DNA of 64,000 nucleotides from positions 64,765-128,764 of the forward strand of contig CAVYYV010000003.1 of NCBI GenBank assembly GCA_963772815.1, read 5' to 3'. Origin of the DNA: an uncultured Acidimicrobiia bacterium (lineage in GTDB: Bacteria > Actinomycetota > Acidimicrobiia > Spongiisociales > ZC4RG35). The notes beneath the pieces are model-generated. The model did no database searches. It was not told the origin of the DNA and saw only the letters and a list, made by a program, of their open reading frames with translations. Of this stretch, positions 1-10,796 are shown one piece after another. Position numbers and translations under genes: made by a program. Position 1 is the stretch's first letter, and every line of letters starts with the position of its first letter.

Positions 1-716
1 TTCGCCGACGGCCCGGGCTGGGCGTCCTCGTCGGTCTCGAACACGGCCGGCTCCGACTGCACTCCCAGCTCGATCATCCGCGCTTCGGGGCTGAACAGCT
101 GCCACAGACCCCAGGCGATCGCACCGCCCACAAGCGGAAAGATGAGGTACACCCACAACCCGGTCAGGTCCCCACCGACTATCGCCGGAGCGAAGGAGCG
201 GGCCGGGTTGACCGATGACCCCGAGAAGGGGATGCCGGCGAAGTGAACCACCAGGAGGGTCAATGAGATGACGATGCCGGCCACGGCGGGCGCCGTCCTG
301 GTGGCGGCGAGTATGACCAGCACGAACACCGCTGTCAGCACGATCTCGGAAGTGATCCCCACCCCTAGACCGACGGGGTACCTGGTGATGGTGTTGGCAA
401 CGTCGGCCCGGCTGGTGACGAGGCCGAGCAGCAATGAAGCCAGGAGTGCTCCGACGAACTGCGATATCCAGTAGCCGACCAGGTCGATGCCCGAGGTGCG
501 CTTGTCCAGGAACATGGCCAGGGTGACGGCAGGGTTGAAGTGACCCCCGGATACGTGGCCCACGGAATAGATGGCGGCGAGGAGGCCCAGACCGAAACCG
601 AAGGGCACCGTTAGCAGCGGGGTGCCGATACTGCCGGCCGAGATGATCGCCATCGATCCGACGATCACCAGGATGAAGGTCCCGACGAGCTCGGCCAGGT
701 ACTTGTTGATTACCAC
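1..716 (-). CDS. aqpZ: Aquaporin Z / MIP-family water channel, C-terminus runs off the window start
   Basis: Reverse-strand translation reads VVINKYLAELVGTFILV...SGGHFNPAVTLA...SVNPARSFAPA with both NPA motifs; GTG start at 716 preceded by GGAGA. Confidence 0.85.
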   Translation of the reverse strand, partial: MVINKYLAELVGTFILVIVGSMAIISAGSIGTPLLTVPFGFGLGLLAAIYSVGHVSGGHFNPAVTLAMFLDKRTSGIDLVGYWISQFVGALLASLLLGLVTSRADVANTITRYPVGLGVGITSEIVLTAVFVLVILAATRTAPAVAGIVISLTLLVVHFAGIPFSGSSVNPARSFAPAIVGGDLTGLWVYLIFPLVGGAIAWGLWQLFSPEARMIELGVQSEPAVFETDEDAQPGPSA

Positions 717-788
717 GGGTTCTCCTCTGGAATAGGCATCGCTGGGGCCTGAATCTACAGTCCGAGATAGCCGAAGAGGTGGATAATC

Positions 789-1184
789 GTGCTGGCAGCG
801 GTCCGTTGGAAGGGGGTTCTCCTCGGGATCGGGGTGGGGATTCTCGCCCTGGCCGGGCTGGCCCTCGTCCTGTGGCTGATCCTCTCCGCCGTCGGCGTGG
901 ACGGTGCGGTCGGCGCAGCGACGACGTTTGCCACCGTGCTCACCTTCCCCCTGGCGGGCTGGCTGGCCGGGCGACACGCGCCTTTCTCACCCTGGTTCCA
1001 CGGTGCTCTCGCCGGGATGGGCATCGCCTTGCTGGTGGTCGCCACGGCGGCCCGGAGTGGCAGCCCCTCCCCGGCCGGGACCGTCCTCCTCCTGGCTCTC
1101 ATGGCAATCGTCGGAGGCGCTGTGGGCGGCCACCTCGGTGGCTACCGAACCCGCAACGCGGCGGAATCGGGTACCCGGCCCTAA
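789..1184 (+). CDS. small hydrophobic hypothetical membrane protein
   Basis: 131-aa ORF rich in G/A/L transmembrane-like stretches; no recognisable family. Confidence 0.35.
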   Translation: MLAAVRWKGVLLGIGVGILALAGLALVLWLILSAVGVDGAVGAATTFATVLTFPLAGWLAGRHAPFSPWFHGALAGMGIALLVVATAARSGSPSPAGTVLLLALMAIVGGAVGGHLGGYRTRNAAESGTRP

Positions 1185-1283
1185 GAGCCGGCGGCCTCAC
1201 CTGTCGGGGCTCCGGCGATGGCTTCATGTCGACGCCGGACGATCTTCGACTAGATTGTTTTGAGCACAACCCAGCAGAAGCGT

Positions 1284-1372
1284 TCATCTAGAGCGGTGGA
1301 GGGACAGGCCCTTTGAAACCGCGGCGTCCGACCGGTCCAGTCCGGCACGGTGCCAATGCCTGATCGATGAGC
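1284..1372 (+). promoter_or_regulatory. SAM-I (S-box) riboswitch in the metH leader
   Basis: UCAUCUAGAGcGGUGGAGGGAcaGGCCCuuUGAAaCCgcGGC...GGUGCCAAUgCC...GAUGAG matches the S-box consensus core, with the 5' UCAUC / 3' GAUGA P1 helix. Confidence 0.6.
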
Positions 1373-1443
1373 AGCCTCGTCGGCGGTGAACCCGCCCGGG
1401 GCGCTCGTTGAGCGTTTCGGGATCGACAACGGAGGAGCCGCGC

Positions 1444-4400
1444 ATGTCTGCTGCTGCGCACGGACCAACCGACCAATATCTCGCTGCCATCGTCTCCGGC
1501 AATCCCGTCGTCTACGACGGCGCCACCGGGACGAATCTCCAACGTCTCGAGCTGACGGCCGACGACTTCGGGGGGGAGAGCCTCGAGGGCTGCAACGAGA
1601 TGCTCAACATCACGCGGCCCGACGTGGTCGAGAAGCTCCATCGGAGCTTCTTCGAGGTGGGTGTGGACGTGGTGGAGACCAATACATTCGGAGCCTTCGC
1701 CATTCCCCTGGCCGAGTACGACTCGGCCGACCGCGCTTACGAAATCGCCGCGTCCGGAGCGGCCATCGCCCGCCAGGTCGCGGATTCGTTTTCAGCCTCC
1801 GACGGCCGTTCCCGCTGGGTGGCAGGGTCGATTGGGCCCGGCACCAAATTCCCCACCCTGGGACAGGTTCCGTACCGAACCCTTCGTGACGCCTACCAGG
1901 TCGAAGCGAATGGGCTGATCGACGGCGGAGTCGACCTGCTGATAATCGAGACCCAGTTCGACCTGCTGGGAGCCAAGGCCGCCATCCACGGAGCCCGCCG
2001 GGCCATGGAGAAGGGGGGCCGGGAGCTGCCCCTCCAGGTACAGGTGACCATCGAGCTCACCGGCCGGATGCTGCCCGGGACCGAAATCGGCGCCGCCCTG
2101 ATCGCTCTCGACGCTCTCGGCGTGGACGTGATCGGGCTCAACTGTGCCACCGGGCCGGAGGAGATGTACGAGGCAATCCGGCACCTCAGCCACCACTCAC
2201 GCCGCCCGCTGTCGTGCCTGCCCAATGCGGGCCTCCCGTCGGTGGTCGACGGTGCCATGCACTACGACCTCGGCCCCCAAGGCCTGGCCGAGCACCTTCA
2301 CCGATTCGTGACGGAATTCGGAGTGGGCGTGGTGGGCGGTTGCTGTGGCACCACCCCGGAGCATTTGTCGGCTGTGGTGAACCGTCTCGGCGGCGTACCG
2401 GTGGCCGAGCGCTCCCCCGACCACGACCCTTCGGCAACCTCGACCTATTCCGCCGTCCCCCTCGATCAAGACACCTCATTCCTGATCATCGGGGAGCGAA
2501 CCAACGCCAATGGATCCCGCGCCTTCAAACAGGCCCTGGTCTCGGGCGACATCGACACTTGCCTCGGGATCGGCGAGGAGCAGGTCGCCGAGTCGGCCCA
2601 CCTGGTCGACCTGTGCGTCGACTATGTGGGGCGGGACGGAGTCGCCGACATGACTACGCTCGCCTCCCGTTTCGCCACCGACATAACGGTCCCGGTCGTG
2701 TTGGACTCGACCGAGCCCGAGGTGATGGAGGCCGGCCTGGAGTGCCTGGGAGGGCGATCGGTACTCAACTCGGCCAATCTGGAAGACGGAGAGAGCCCCG
2801 GCTCCCGCTTCGACCGGGTCATCGGCCTCGCCCGCCTGCACGGCGCCGCCGTCATCTGCCTGCTCATCGACGAGAAAGGCCAGGCACGTACCACCGAATG
2901 GAAGATGGAGGTTGCGCGTCGCATCTATGAGTTGGCCGTGGGCCGATACGGTCTGGAGCCGTCCGACCTCATCTTTGACCCACTCACATTCCCTCTCAGC
3001 ACCGGCGGCGACGATCTCCGCGGCGACGGTCTGGCCACGATCGAGGCGATCCGGGGGATCAAGAAGGAGTTGCCGGGGGTGCGCACGGTCCTGGGCATCT
3101 CAAACGTGTCATTCGGCCTCAACCCGGCCACGCGTCGGGTGCTCAACTCGGTCTTCCTCCACGAGTGCCTGGAAGCAGGTCTGGACGCAGCCATCCTCCA
3201 CGCCGGCAAGCTCACCCCCCTCAACCAGATCGATTCCAACCACGTCGAGCTGTGCCTGGACCTGATCCACGACCGGCGACGGGAGGGCTACGACCCCCTC
3301 GAGGAGATCCTGGCCGCCTTCGCCGATGTCTCGGAGGCCAAGGCGCCCGGCGACGACCTGGACACTCTTCCCCTCCATGAACGGTTGGAGCGACGGATCG
3401 TGGATGGGAATCGGCGTGGCCTGGAAGACGACCTGGAGGCGGCGCTCGAGGAGGGGCTGTCCCCCCTGGACGTGATCAACCGCATCCTCCTGGACGGGAT
3501 GAAGACTGTGGGCGACCTCTTCGCCTCCGGGGACATGCAGCTCCCGTTCGTCCTCCGCTCTGCCGAGACCATGAAGGCGGCCGTCGGCTATCTGGAACCA
3601 CGAATGGAGAAGTCGGAGCAGTCCGCCAAGGGCTCGATAGTGCTCGCCACGGTCAAAGGCGACGTCCACGACATCGGCAAGAACCTGGTCGACATCATCC
3701 TCACCAACAACGGCTACACGGTCCACAATCTCGGCATCAAGGTCGGCATCGACGATCTCATCGCCCGATATGTCGAGGTGGGCGCCGACGCCATCGGGAT
3801 GAGTGGCCTGCTGGTCAAGTCGACTTTGGTAATGCGCGACAACCTCGATGAGCTTGCCCGCCGGGGCATGGGAGAGGTCCCGATCCTGCTCGGGGGCGCG
3901 GCGTTGACCCGCTCTTATGTTGAGGCCGACTTGCGCTCCCGCTATGGGGGGCCTCTGTTCTACGGCAAGGACGCCTTCGCCGGCTTGGCCGCCATGCAGG
4001 AAATCACGTCCGTCGAGCACCTGGAGGCTCCCCCGCCCCGTCCTTTGCGCACGTCCTCGTCGGCCCATCGGCCGGCTCCCGGCGATGAGGTGCCGACCCG
4101 AGCTCCCTCCGTGACGACCGACAACCCGATACCCACCCCTCCTTTCGTCGGAACCCGGGTGGTGAAGGGGCTGCCCATCGACGAGATCGCCGAGTTCCTG
4201 AACCTCACCGCGCTCTTCCGCAACCAATGGCAATACCGCCCCGAGGGTGGGGAGACGCACCCGGAGTTCCTGGAACGGCTCCGCCCCCTGCTGCGCGAGC
4301 AGCTCCGCCGGGCCCGAACCGACGACCTGCTCACTCCCCAGGTGGTCTACGGCTACTTGCCGGTCAACTCCGATGGTGACGAGCTCGTGGTGTGGGCCGA

Positions 4401-4956
4401 CGACTCCCGCCAGGGCGAGACGGCCCGGATGTCCTTCCCCCGCCAGCCTGAGGACCCTTGGCTTTGCATCTCCGACTTCTTCCGCCCGGTGGGCTCGCCC
4501 GATCCCGACTATGCCGCCTTCCACATCGTCACGATGGGCCCGAGGGTCAGCGAGCGAACCGCCCGCTATTTCGCCGAGAACAGATATCAGGATTACCTCC
4601 ACCTACACGGGCTCGGTGTGGAGATGGCCGAGGCTCTGGCCGAATACTGGCACCTGCGGATCCGCCAGGAGTGGGGCTTCGCCGACGAGGACGGCCCCAC
4701 CCTGACCGGCCTGTTCCGCCAGCAATACCGGGGCGGCCGCTACTCATGGGGCTACCCGGCCTGCCCTGACCTGCGAGACAACGAGACCGTGGCCCGACTC
4801 CTGGATGCCGGGCGGATCGGCCTGGAGGTGAGCCAGGAGACCGGCTACCAGTACCACCCCGAGCAGACCACATCCGCCATCATCTGCCACCACTCCCAGG
4901 CCAAGTACTTCATCGCCGTGGACCCGAGAGAGATCCGCCGTGCTGACGCGTCATGA
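1444..4956 (+). CDS. metH: cobalamin-dependent methionine synthase
   Basis: Homocysteine-binding, pterin-binding, B12-binding (DxHDIGK) and AdoMet-activation modules; GGAGGAG RBS before ATG 1444 (ORF track start 1408 is likely an extension). Confidence 0.95.
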   Translation: MSAAAHGPTDQYLAAIVSGNPVVYDGATGTNLQRLELTADDFGGESLEGCNEMLNITRPDVVEKLHRSFFEVGVDVVETNTFGAFAIPLAEYDSADRAYEIAASGAAIARQVADSFSASDGRSRWVAGSIGPGTKFPTLGQVPYRTLRDAYQVEANGLIDGGVDLLIIETQFDLLGAKAAIHGARRAMEKGGRELPLQVQVTIELTGRMLPGTEIGAALIALDALGVDVIGLNCATGPEEMYEAIRHLSHHSRRPLSCLPNAGLPSVVDGAMHYDLGPQGLAEHLHRFVTEFGVGVVGGCCGTTPEHLSAVVNRLGGVPVAERSPDHDPSATSTYSAVPLDQDTSFLIIGERTNANGSRAFKQALVSGDIDTCLGIGEEQVAESAHLVDLCVDYVGRDGVADMTTLASRFATDITVPVVLDSTEPEVMEAGLECLGGRSVLNSANLEDGESPGSRFDRVIGLARLHGAAVICLLIDEKGQARTTEWKMEVARRIYELAVGRYGLEPSDLIFDPLTFPLSTGGDDLRGDGLATIEAIRGIKKELPGVRTVLGISNVSFGLNPATRRVLNSVFLHECLEAGLDAAILHAGKLTPLNQIDSNHVELCLDLIHDRRREGYDPLEEILAAFADVSEAKAPGDDLDTLPLHERLERRIVDGNRRGLEDDLEAALEEGLSPLDVINRILLDGMKTVGDLFASGDMQLPFVLRSAETMKAAVGYLEPRMEKSEQSAKGSIVLATVKGDVHDIGKNLVDIILTNNGYTVHNLGIKVGIDDLIARYVEVGADAIGMSGLLVKSTLVMRDNLDELARRGMGEVPILLGGAALTRSYVEADLRSRYGGPLFYGKDAFAGLAAMQEITSVEHLEAPPPRPLRTSSSAHRPAPGDEVPTRAPSVTTDNPIPTPPFVGTRVVKGLPIDEIAEFLNLTALFRNQWQYRPEGGETHPEFLERLRPLLREQLRRARTDDLLTPQVVYGYLPVNSDGDELVVWADDSRQGETARMSFPRQPEDPWLCISDFFRPVGSPDPDYAAFHIVTMGPRVSERTARYFAENRYQDYLHLHGLGVEMAEALAEYWHLRIRQEWGFADEDGPTLTGLFRQQYRGGRYSWGYPACPDLRDNETVARLLDAGRIGLEVSQETGYQYHPEQTTSAIICHHSQAKYFIAVDPREIRRADAS

Positions 4957-5153
4957 GGGATGGCTGCGGCCAGCCGAGGTGAACCCGCCCGAGTTACCCG
5001 GCATGGATCACCTTGCCCCTGGCCGGATGGAATCCATGGGTGCCGCTCCCGTCACCGAAAAGGCCGTCTCCGCGTTCTTATCAGCAAAACGGGACCCTGT
5101 AGGGACCGTTTCGTAGGGGAGAACGCGAAGGGGGGCGAAGTAGACTGGATGCG

Positions 5154-5515
<362 letters not shown>

Positions 5516-5520
5516 AAAAC

Positions 5521-5550
5521 GTGGAGAGGCTCCTGAAGGAGCCTCTCCAC
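5521..5550 (+). terminator. perfect 13-bp stem / UGAA-loop hairpin just after rnpB, no U-tract
   Basis: GTGGAGAGGCTCC-TGAA-GGAGCCTCTCCAC. Confidence 0.4.
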
Positions 5551-5786
5551 CTGTAAGGGCGGACGGTTATATGGGAGCAGTCCCTCGTTCAAGACTGCAA
5601 CGATCAGCATCCCGTCTGAGCGGGCCAACCCTCACCCACGGTCGATGGGCAGCATGCAGGGACCTTCGGTTCGTCTTTAGAGTCCAAGGTCCCTATTTCG
5701 ACTCCTGCTGTCCTGTCAGCTTGACTCCTGCTGGCGTGCCAGCTTTGAATGCATGCAAGAAGACACGAGACAACCCGGAGGTCGAA

Positions 5787-6347
5787 ATGCGGACTCCAAA
5801 CTTCTATTGGCGTTCGATAACGTTACTCACGACTGTTTTCATGCTGGGGATGCTGCTCTCAGCGTGCAGCGGTCGAGAGGAACAGGTTGAGACGACGGCG
5901 GCTTCGAGTGTCAACGCGGATCTGACGGTTCAGGCAGACATAGTCCAGGGCTCGGCCAACATCCCCGAGGATCAGCGGGCCACTGCCGTCTGTGTGCTCA
6001 ACAGCCGATACCCGCGTAACGGTGAGGTCGTTTTTCGTGCCCGGATTACCGATCCTGTCACGGGTGAGGAACTCGACGATCAGGCCCTGGAGAGTGTGCA
6101 GGTGAAGCTGAGCGACGGCACGACGCTGGACATGAACTACGGAGGCCACCCTCACGACGACCCCGTCGACTTCTTCTGGGCCAAAGGTTGGGATATACCG
6201 GCCGACTACCCCACCGGCACCGTGGAATACGAGGTAGTCGCCACGGACCAGGACGGTCGCTCCGGGACCTTCTCCCAGTTCAACGTCCAGTCCTCACTGC
6301 TGACCGTGACCGACGAGGTTCTCGAGCCAATCGAGCAGAGCAGCTGA
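5787..6347 (+). CDS. lipoprotein, unknown function
   Basis: GGAGG RBS; signal peptide with lipobox LLSACSG; the ORF-track start 5445 overlaps rnpB and is rejected. Confidence 0.6.
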   Translation: MRTPNFYWRSITLLTTVFMLGMLLSACSGREEQVETTAASSVNADLTVQADIVQGSANIPEDQRATAVCVLNSRYPRNGEVVFRARITDPVTGEELDDQALESVQVKLSDGTTLDMNYGGHPHDDPVDFFWAKGWDIPADYPTGTVEYEVVATDQDGRSGTFSQFNVQSSLLTVTDEVLEPIEQSS

Positions 6348-7867
6348 TGCACCGACAGCATCGGCGAGTGCCGGCGCTGCTCTTGGCCGGCCTCGTGGCT
6401 GTCGCCGCTACGTCGTGCGCCGAGGCGGGCCAGACCGCGGGAGCCGATGGAGCGGCCGCGGCGGCCCCGAGCACCACCACGGCTGACTCGACTCCAGACA
6501 CCACCCAGCCGGTCGACATAACCGGGACTGTCTCTCTCGATCCGGCCAGCGGTCCGGAGGGAACCCAAGTCCAGTTGCACGGCGAGGGGCTGCCCGCTTC
6601 TCAGGCTCTGGAGCTGCGCTGGAGCACGGCCGACGGACACTGGCTCCTGGAGGGCGAGCGCAACGAGGAGTACCACGGTCGAGAGTACACCCTCGGCTCT
6701 CAGACGATGGCCACGGTTACAACCGATGCCGACGGGGCGCTCGACGCTTCGTTCACGGTTCCTGCCGGATTTGGGTTCGCCCACGATGTGACCCTGGTCG
6801 ACTCCTCCGGCGTGATCCGGAACAAAGCCCTCTTCGACGTCAGCCCCGAGGTGACGATTACGCCTTCATCGGGACCCGAGGGCACTCCCATCACCATCGA
6901 GGTGCGGGGGATGGGCTGGCAGACCCTGGAGAACAGCAGAACGCTTGTCTATGACAACAGCTTCGTGGGTTTCATGTCTGGCGTCACCACCCACGGCTAT
7001 GCGAAAGCGGTAATTCCGGCCGTCGGGGCGCCCGGCCCACACGCGATCCGGGTGCTGCGCGGCGCCTACACCTTCCCGTATCTCAATCCCCAGCAGTCAC
7101 CCCGGCCCGACATCCCTGTATTCGAGGAGACATTCACCTTGACCGACGGTGAGGCGGTTCAACCACCGGCGATCAGCGAACAGAACCCCCTAACTATCGA
7201 GAGAGCCGGCAATGACGCCGGCGGTGATGGTCCGCAACTCACGACCGACCTGGCTTCCGGTCCGGTAGAAACGGGAATCGAGCTACTCGGAGCCGGGTTC
7301 CAACCCGGCGCTGACGTCGATCTCGTGTGGTATCGGGTTGTGGGCAACCGGGTGAGCGGCCAGGGCTGGGATGAACAGAGCCTCCCACTCACCCAGGCCA
7401 CGGCCTCGGCGGACGGCTCGTTCTCGGTTCCGGTCGAGGTGCCCCACGACGTGGGCGGTGCCCATCGGATCGAAGCCCAAGTGGGCGGCGAAACGGTTTC
7501 CACGACCGAGTTCGCAATCACGCCCGCCGCCAGCTCTCTGACGCCCGCCTCCGGCCCGTCAGGGACGATGATGAAGATCAATCTCACCGGTGTCGGATGG
7601 ACGGAGACCGCCAACATCTACACGTTGGTCTATGACAACTCGTACATCGGGTACGCCTGCGGCTTCAACAGCCAGGGGGATGTGGAGATAACACTGCCGG
7701 CGACCGGCGAACCGGGTTGGCACTACATCGATCTCTACCCCGCCATCTACAAGGGCAAAGAGACGGCCGGACAGCAGCACTTCAGGACTCCACAGCTGAC
7801 ATACGAGCAGGACCACCCCGGCGAAGACCTCCCCGCCTTCCACTTCGCCTTCCACCTGGAGGGATGA
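6347..7867 (+). CDS. secreted lipoprotein with repeated IPT/TIG-like modules
   Basis: ATGA overlap with the upstream gene; lipobox ATSC; repeated ...P(A/S)SGPxGT...G(M/V)GW units (ITGTVSLDPASGPEGTQ / ITPSSGPEGTPITI / LTPASGPSGTMMKI). Confidence 0.6.
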   Translation: MHRQHRRVPALLLAGLVAVAATSCAEAGQTAGADGAAAAAPSTTTADSTPDTTQPVDITGTVSLDPASGPEGTQVQLHGEGLPASQALELRWSTADGHWLLEGERNEEYHGREYTLGSQTMATVTTDADGALDASFTVPAGFGFAHDVTLVDSSGVIRNKALFDVSPEVTITPSSGPEGTPITIEVRGMGWQTLENSRTLVYDNSFVGFMSGVTTHGYAKAVIPAVGAPGPHAIRVLRGAYTFPYLNPQQSPRPDIPVFEETFTLTDGEAVQPPAISEQNPLTIERAGNDAGGDGPQLTTDLASGPVETGIELLGAGFQPGADVDLVWYRVVGNRVSGQGWDEQSLPLTQATASADGSFSVPVEVPHDVGGAHRIEAQVGGETVSTTEFAITPAASSLTPASGPSGTMMKINLTGVGWTETANIYTLVYDNSYIGYACGFNSQGDVEITLPATGEPGWHYIDLYPAIYKGKETAGQQHFRTPQLTYEQDHPGEDLPAFHFAFHLEG

Positions 7868-7874
7868 GTCGGCG

Positions 7875-8615
7875 GTGAAGACCGAACCCCACCACACGCA
7901 CCTCTGGAAGAGAGCAATCCGTGGCGTGGGCTTTGCGGTGCTTGCGTTCCCTTTCTTGCTCTATTACACCGCCACCCCCGCCACAGCCCTTGTGCAGACC
8001 GATACTGCCTCCGCTGGAGAGAACGTCTTTGCGGGTGAGTGCGCCGGGTGTCACGGTGCCAAGGGTGAGGGCGCCTTGGAGGGTCCTAGCCTCCAGTCGG
8101 TCCTGGACAATCAGGCGGCCGTCACCGGAGTGGCCGAGATCGTGCGACAGGGCTACGGCGAAATGGACTCGTTCGAGAGCAAGTTGACCGAGGACCAGAT
8201 CCAGGCCGTGGCGCACTACGTGGTGTCTGCTTTCGGCACCACCGGAGACGTGCCCCAGGGAGGGGTGCTGTTCCGCCTCAACTGCGCAGGTTGCCACGGC
8301 GCTTCCGCCCGGGGTGGAGCCCTGATCTACAGCGAAGACAACGCCCCCAGCCTGCTGGATGTCGCCACTCCCGAGGTGTCGGCCGCCGTTCGCAGCGGCC
8401 CCTCAACCATGCCTGCCTACAACGAGGGAGCTCTGACGGACGCCCAGGTGGCCTCTATCGCTGCCTATGTAGAGAGCATCCAGGCACCGCCACAGCCGGG
8501 CGGGTACGAAATGACCTACCACGGTCCGGTCAGTGAGGGCCTGATCGCCATAGTCGGCGGCCTGGGCGCGGCGATTCTGGCAGCTCTATGGATGGAGAGG
8601 GGGGGACGTGGCTGA
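7875..8615 (+). CDS. qcrC: diheme cytochrome c subunit of menaquinol-cytochrome c reductase
   Basis: Two CxxCH motifs (CAGCHGAKG, CAGCHGASA), C-terminal TM helix, immediately followed by a Rieske gene. Confidence 0.85.
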   Translation: MKTEPHHTHLWKRAIRGVGFAVLAFPFLLYYTATPATALVQTDTASAGENVFAGECAGCHGAKGEGALEGPSLQSVLDNQAAVTGVAEIVRQGYGEMDSFESKLTEDQIQAVAHYVVSAFGTTGDVPQGGVLFRLNCAGCHGASARGGALIYSEDNAPSLLDVATPEVSAAVRSGPSTMPAYNEGALTDAQVASIAAYVESIQAPPQPGGYEMTYHGPVSEGLIAIVGGLGAAILAALWMERGGRG

Positions 8616-9468
8616 GACTCCGGACGACGCTGGCCGCGGGAAGTTCGTGATCGGTCCCGAGGCTTTCCTGATCGTGGGCACGATCGCCACGATCGGAGCA
8701 GTGATCGCGTTCTGGGCGGGCAGCAATACCCAGATCTTCGGAGGCTTGGTTGCTCTGGCACTTCTCGCCACGGGATTGGGGCTGATCTGGTGGGCCCGAC
8801 GGGGCATGCCCGATGAGGTAGCGACTGAGGAGAGAGAGACAATCGAGTCTTCCGATGAGGAACGAGCGGAGGTGGTGGCCGAGATCAACTATGGACAGAC
8901 CTCGGTCACCCGCAGGCGGCTTCTTACTGTCTCGTTCTTGGCTTTCGCAGGTGGCGTAGGCGCGACGGCGCTCTCGATGCTGCGGTCTTTCGGTCCCAAT
9001 CCCAATCCGATCTTGGCCAAGACGGCCTGGACGAAGGGATCGAAGCTGGTCCGCGCCGACGGGACCCCGATCGGCGCTGACGATTTGCGGATCGATGGCG
9101 TTCTCACCGTTTACCCGGAAGGAAACGCCGGTGATGCGCGGGCTCAGACTCTTCTGATTCGGGTGAGGCCGAATCTGCTCGAGCTCCCCCAGGATCGCCA
9201 GGCGTGGACACCCAACGGTCTGGTTGCCTATTCCAAGATATGCACCCACGCCGCCTGCCCGCTCGGTCTGTATCAGAAGGAACAGCATCTCCTCCTGTGC
9301 CCCTGTCACCAGTCGACCTTCGATGTGCTCAGGGGTGCGCTGCCCACGTCTGGTCCGGCAACGCGAGCATTGCCTCAGCTGCCCCTGGAAGTCGACTCGG
9401 ACGGATTTTTGGTGGCGGGGGGCGACTACGACACTCCAGTCGGACCCGGGTACTGGAGCATGCCGTGA
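8608..9468 (+). CDS. qcrA: Rieske iron-sulfur subunit of the bc1 complex
   Basis: CTHAACPLG...CPCHQSTFD Rieske boxes; N-terminal TM segments. Confidence 0.9.
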   Translation: MAETPDDAGRGKFVIGPEAFLIVGTIATIGAVIAFWAGSNTQIFGGLVALALLATGLGLIWWARRGMPDEVATEERETIESSDEERAEVVAEINYGQTSVTRRRLLTVSFLAFAGGVGATALSMLRSFGPNPNPILAKTAWTKGSKLVRADGTPIGADDLRIDGVLTVYPEGNAGDARAQTLLIRVRPNLLELPQDRQAWTPNGLVAYSKICTHAACPLGLYQKEQHLLLCPCHQSTFDVLRGALPTSGPATRALPQLPLEVDSDGFLVAGGDYDTPVGPGYWSMP

Positions 9469-10796
9469 TCAGCGGGATCGGGCGCTGGATGGACTACCAG
9501 CTCGGTTTGGCCAGATTCGTCAAGAAGAATCTCCGCAAAGTCTTTCCCGACCACTGGTCCTTCGTCCTGGGCGAAGTCGCCCTCTACTCGTTCGTGATCC
9601 TGGTGCTTACCGGTACCTACCTGGCCTTCTTCTTCCGCGCCAGCGCGCAGCCGATCGCCTATGTAGGCAGCTACGGTCCCCTCAACCAGGTCGAGATGTC
9701 AGAGGCCTATGCCTCCGTTCTCAACATCAGTTTCGACGTCCGAGGGGGGCTATTCGTTCGCCAGGTCCATCACTGGGCGGCTCTGGTGTTCGTCGCAGCC
9801 ATCGCCCTCCACTTGTGCAGAGTCTTCTTTACGGGCGCCTATCGCCGGCCCCGACAACTCAACTGGGTAATCGGAGTGACACTCTTGTTCATTGCCATCT
9901 TCAGCGGGTTCACCGGATATTCGGTCGTGGACGATCTCCTTTCCGGCACCGGGCTCGTGATCGGTTACTCGGTGCTGCTCTCGATGCCCTTGGTGGGAGC
10001 CTGGATAGCCTTCCTCCTCTTCGGCGGCCCCGTTCCCAACCCGAGCCTCGTACCAAGGCTCTACTCAATCCACATCATGATTCTGCCTGGGCTGATTGCC
10101 GTGCTGCTGGCCCTTCACCTTGCGATCCTCTGGCGCCAGAAGCACACCAACTACCCGGGCCCTCAGCGAACCAACAAGACGATCGTCGGTACCCGTCTCT
10201 GGCCGGTCTATGCGACCAAGGCATTCGGCCTCTTCTTCGTGGTATTCGGAATACTCGCCATCCTCGGTGCCTTCGTCCAGATCAACCCGGTGTGGCTCTA
10301 CGGCCCCTTCGACCCCTCTTCGGTGACGGTAGGTTCACAGCCCGATTGGTACCTGGGATGGCTGGAAGGGGCTCTTAGGCTCGCGCCGGCCTGGGAGATG
10401 AAGGTCTTCGGTCATCTGGTCCCGAGCCCCTTCTTCGCCGGCGGGTTACTGGCATTGCTGATGCTGGCCGGCCTCTACGTGTGGCCCTTCCTCGATGCCC
10501 GCATCACCGGCGACCATGAAATCCACCACGTCCTGGACAGACCGCGCGATCGCCCGGTCCGCACCGCGGTAGGAACCTTCAGCATTACGTTCTTCGTGGT
10601 ACTCCTCATCGCAGGAAGCGACGACGTTCTAGCGGTGATCTTCGACGCCAGCATCGAAACCCTGCGGAGTGTGCTAACCGTGGTTGCGATCCTTCTTCCG
10701 ATAATCGCCGGCGTGACCGCCTATTTCGTCAGTCGATGGCTCTCCACCAGGTCGCCCTTACCCGTCTCCCAACAGAGCAACCCTTCCGCTAATTGA
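9465..10796 (+). CDS. qcrB: cytochrome b subunit of the bc1 complex
   Basis: Strong match to actinobacterial QcrB (VFPDHWSFVLGEVALYSF...RQVHHWAAL...); GTG start overlaps the qcrA stop by 4 nt (GTGA). Confidence 0.9.
   Translation: MISGIGRWMDYQLGLARFVKKNLRKVFPDHWSFVLGEVALYSFVILVLTGTYLAFFFRASAQPIAYVGSYGPLNQVEMSEAYASVLNISFDVRGGLFVRQVHHWAALVFVAAIALHLCRVFFTGAYRRPRQLNWVIGVTLLFIAIFSGFTGYSVVDDLLSGTGLVIGYSVLLSMPLVGAWIAFLLFGGPVPNPSLVPRLYSIHIMILPGLIAVLLALHLAILWRQKHTNYPGPQRTNKTIVGTRLWPVYATKAFGLFFVVFGILAILGAFVQINPVWLYGPFDPSSVTVGSQPDWYLGWLEGALRLAPAWEMKVFGHLVPSPFFAGGLLALLMLAGLYVWPFLDARITGDHEIHHVLDRPRDRPVRTAVGTFSITFFVVLLIAGSDDVLAVIFDASIETLRSVLTVVAILLPIIAGVTAYFVSRWLSTRSPLPVSQQSNPSAN

Noticed and set aside
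3109-4602. 497-aa minus-strand ORF inside metH
   Set aside because: Antisense to a strongly conserved gene. The composition is GC-driven and there is no motif support.
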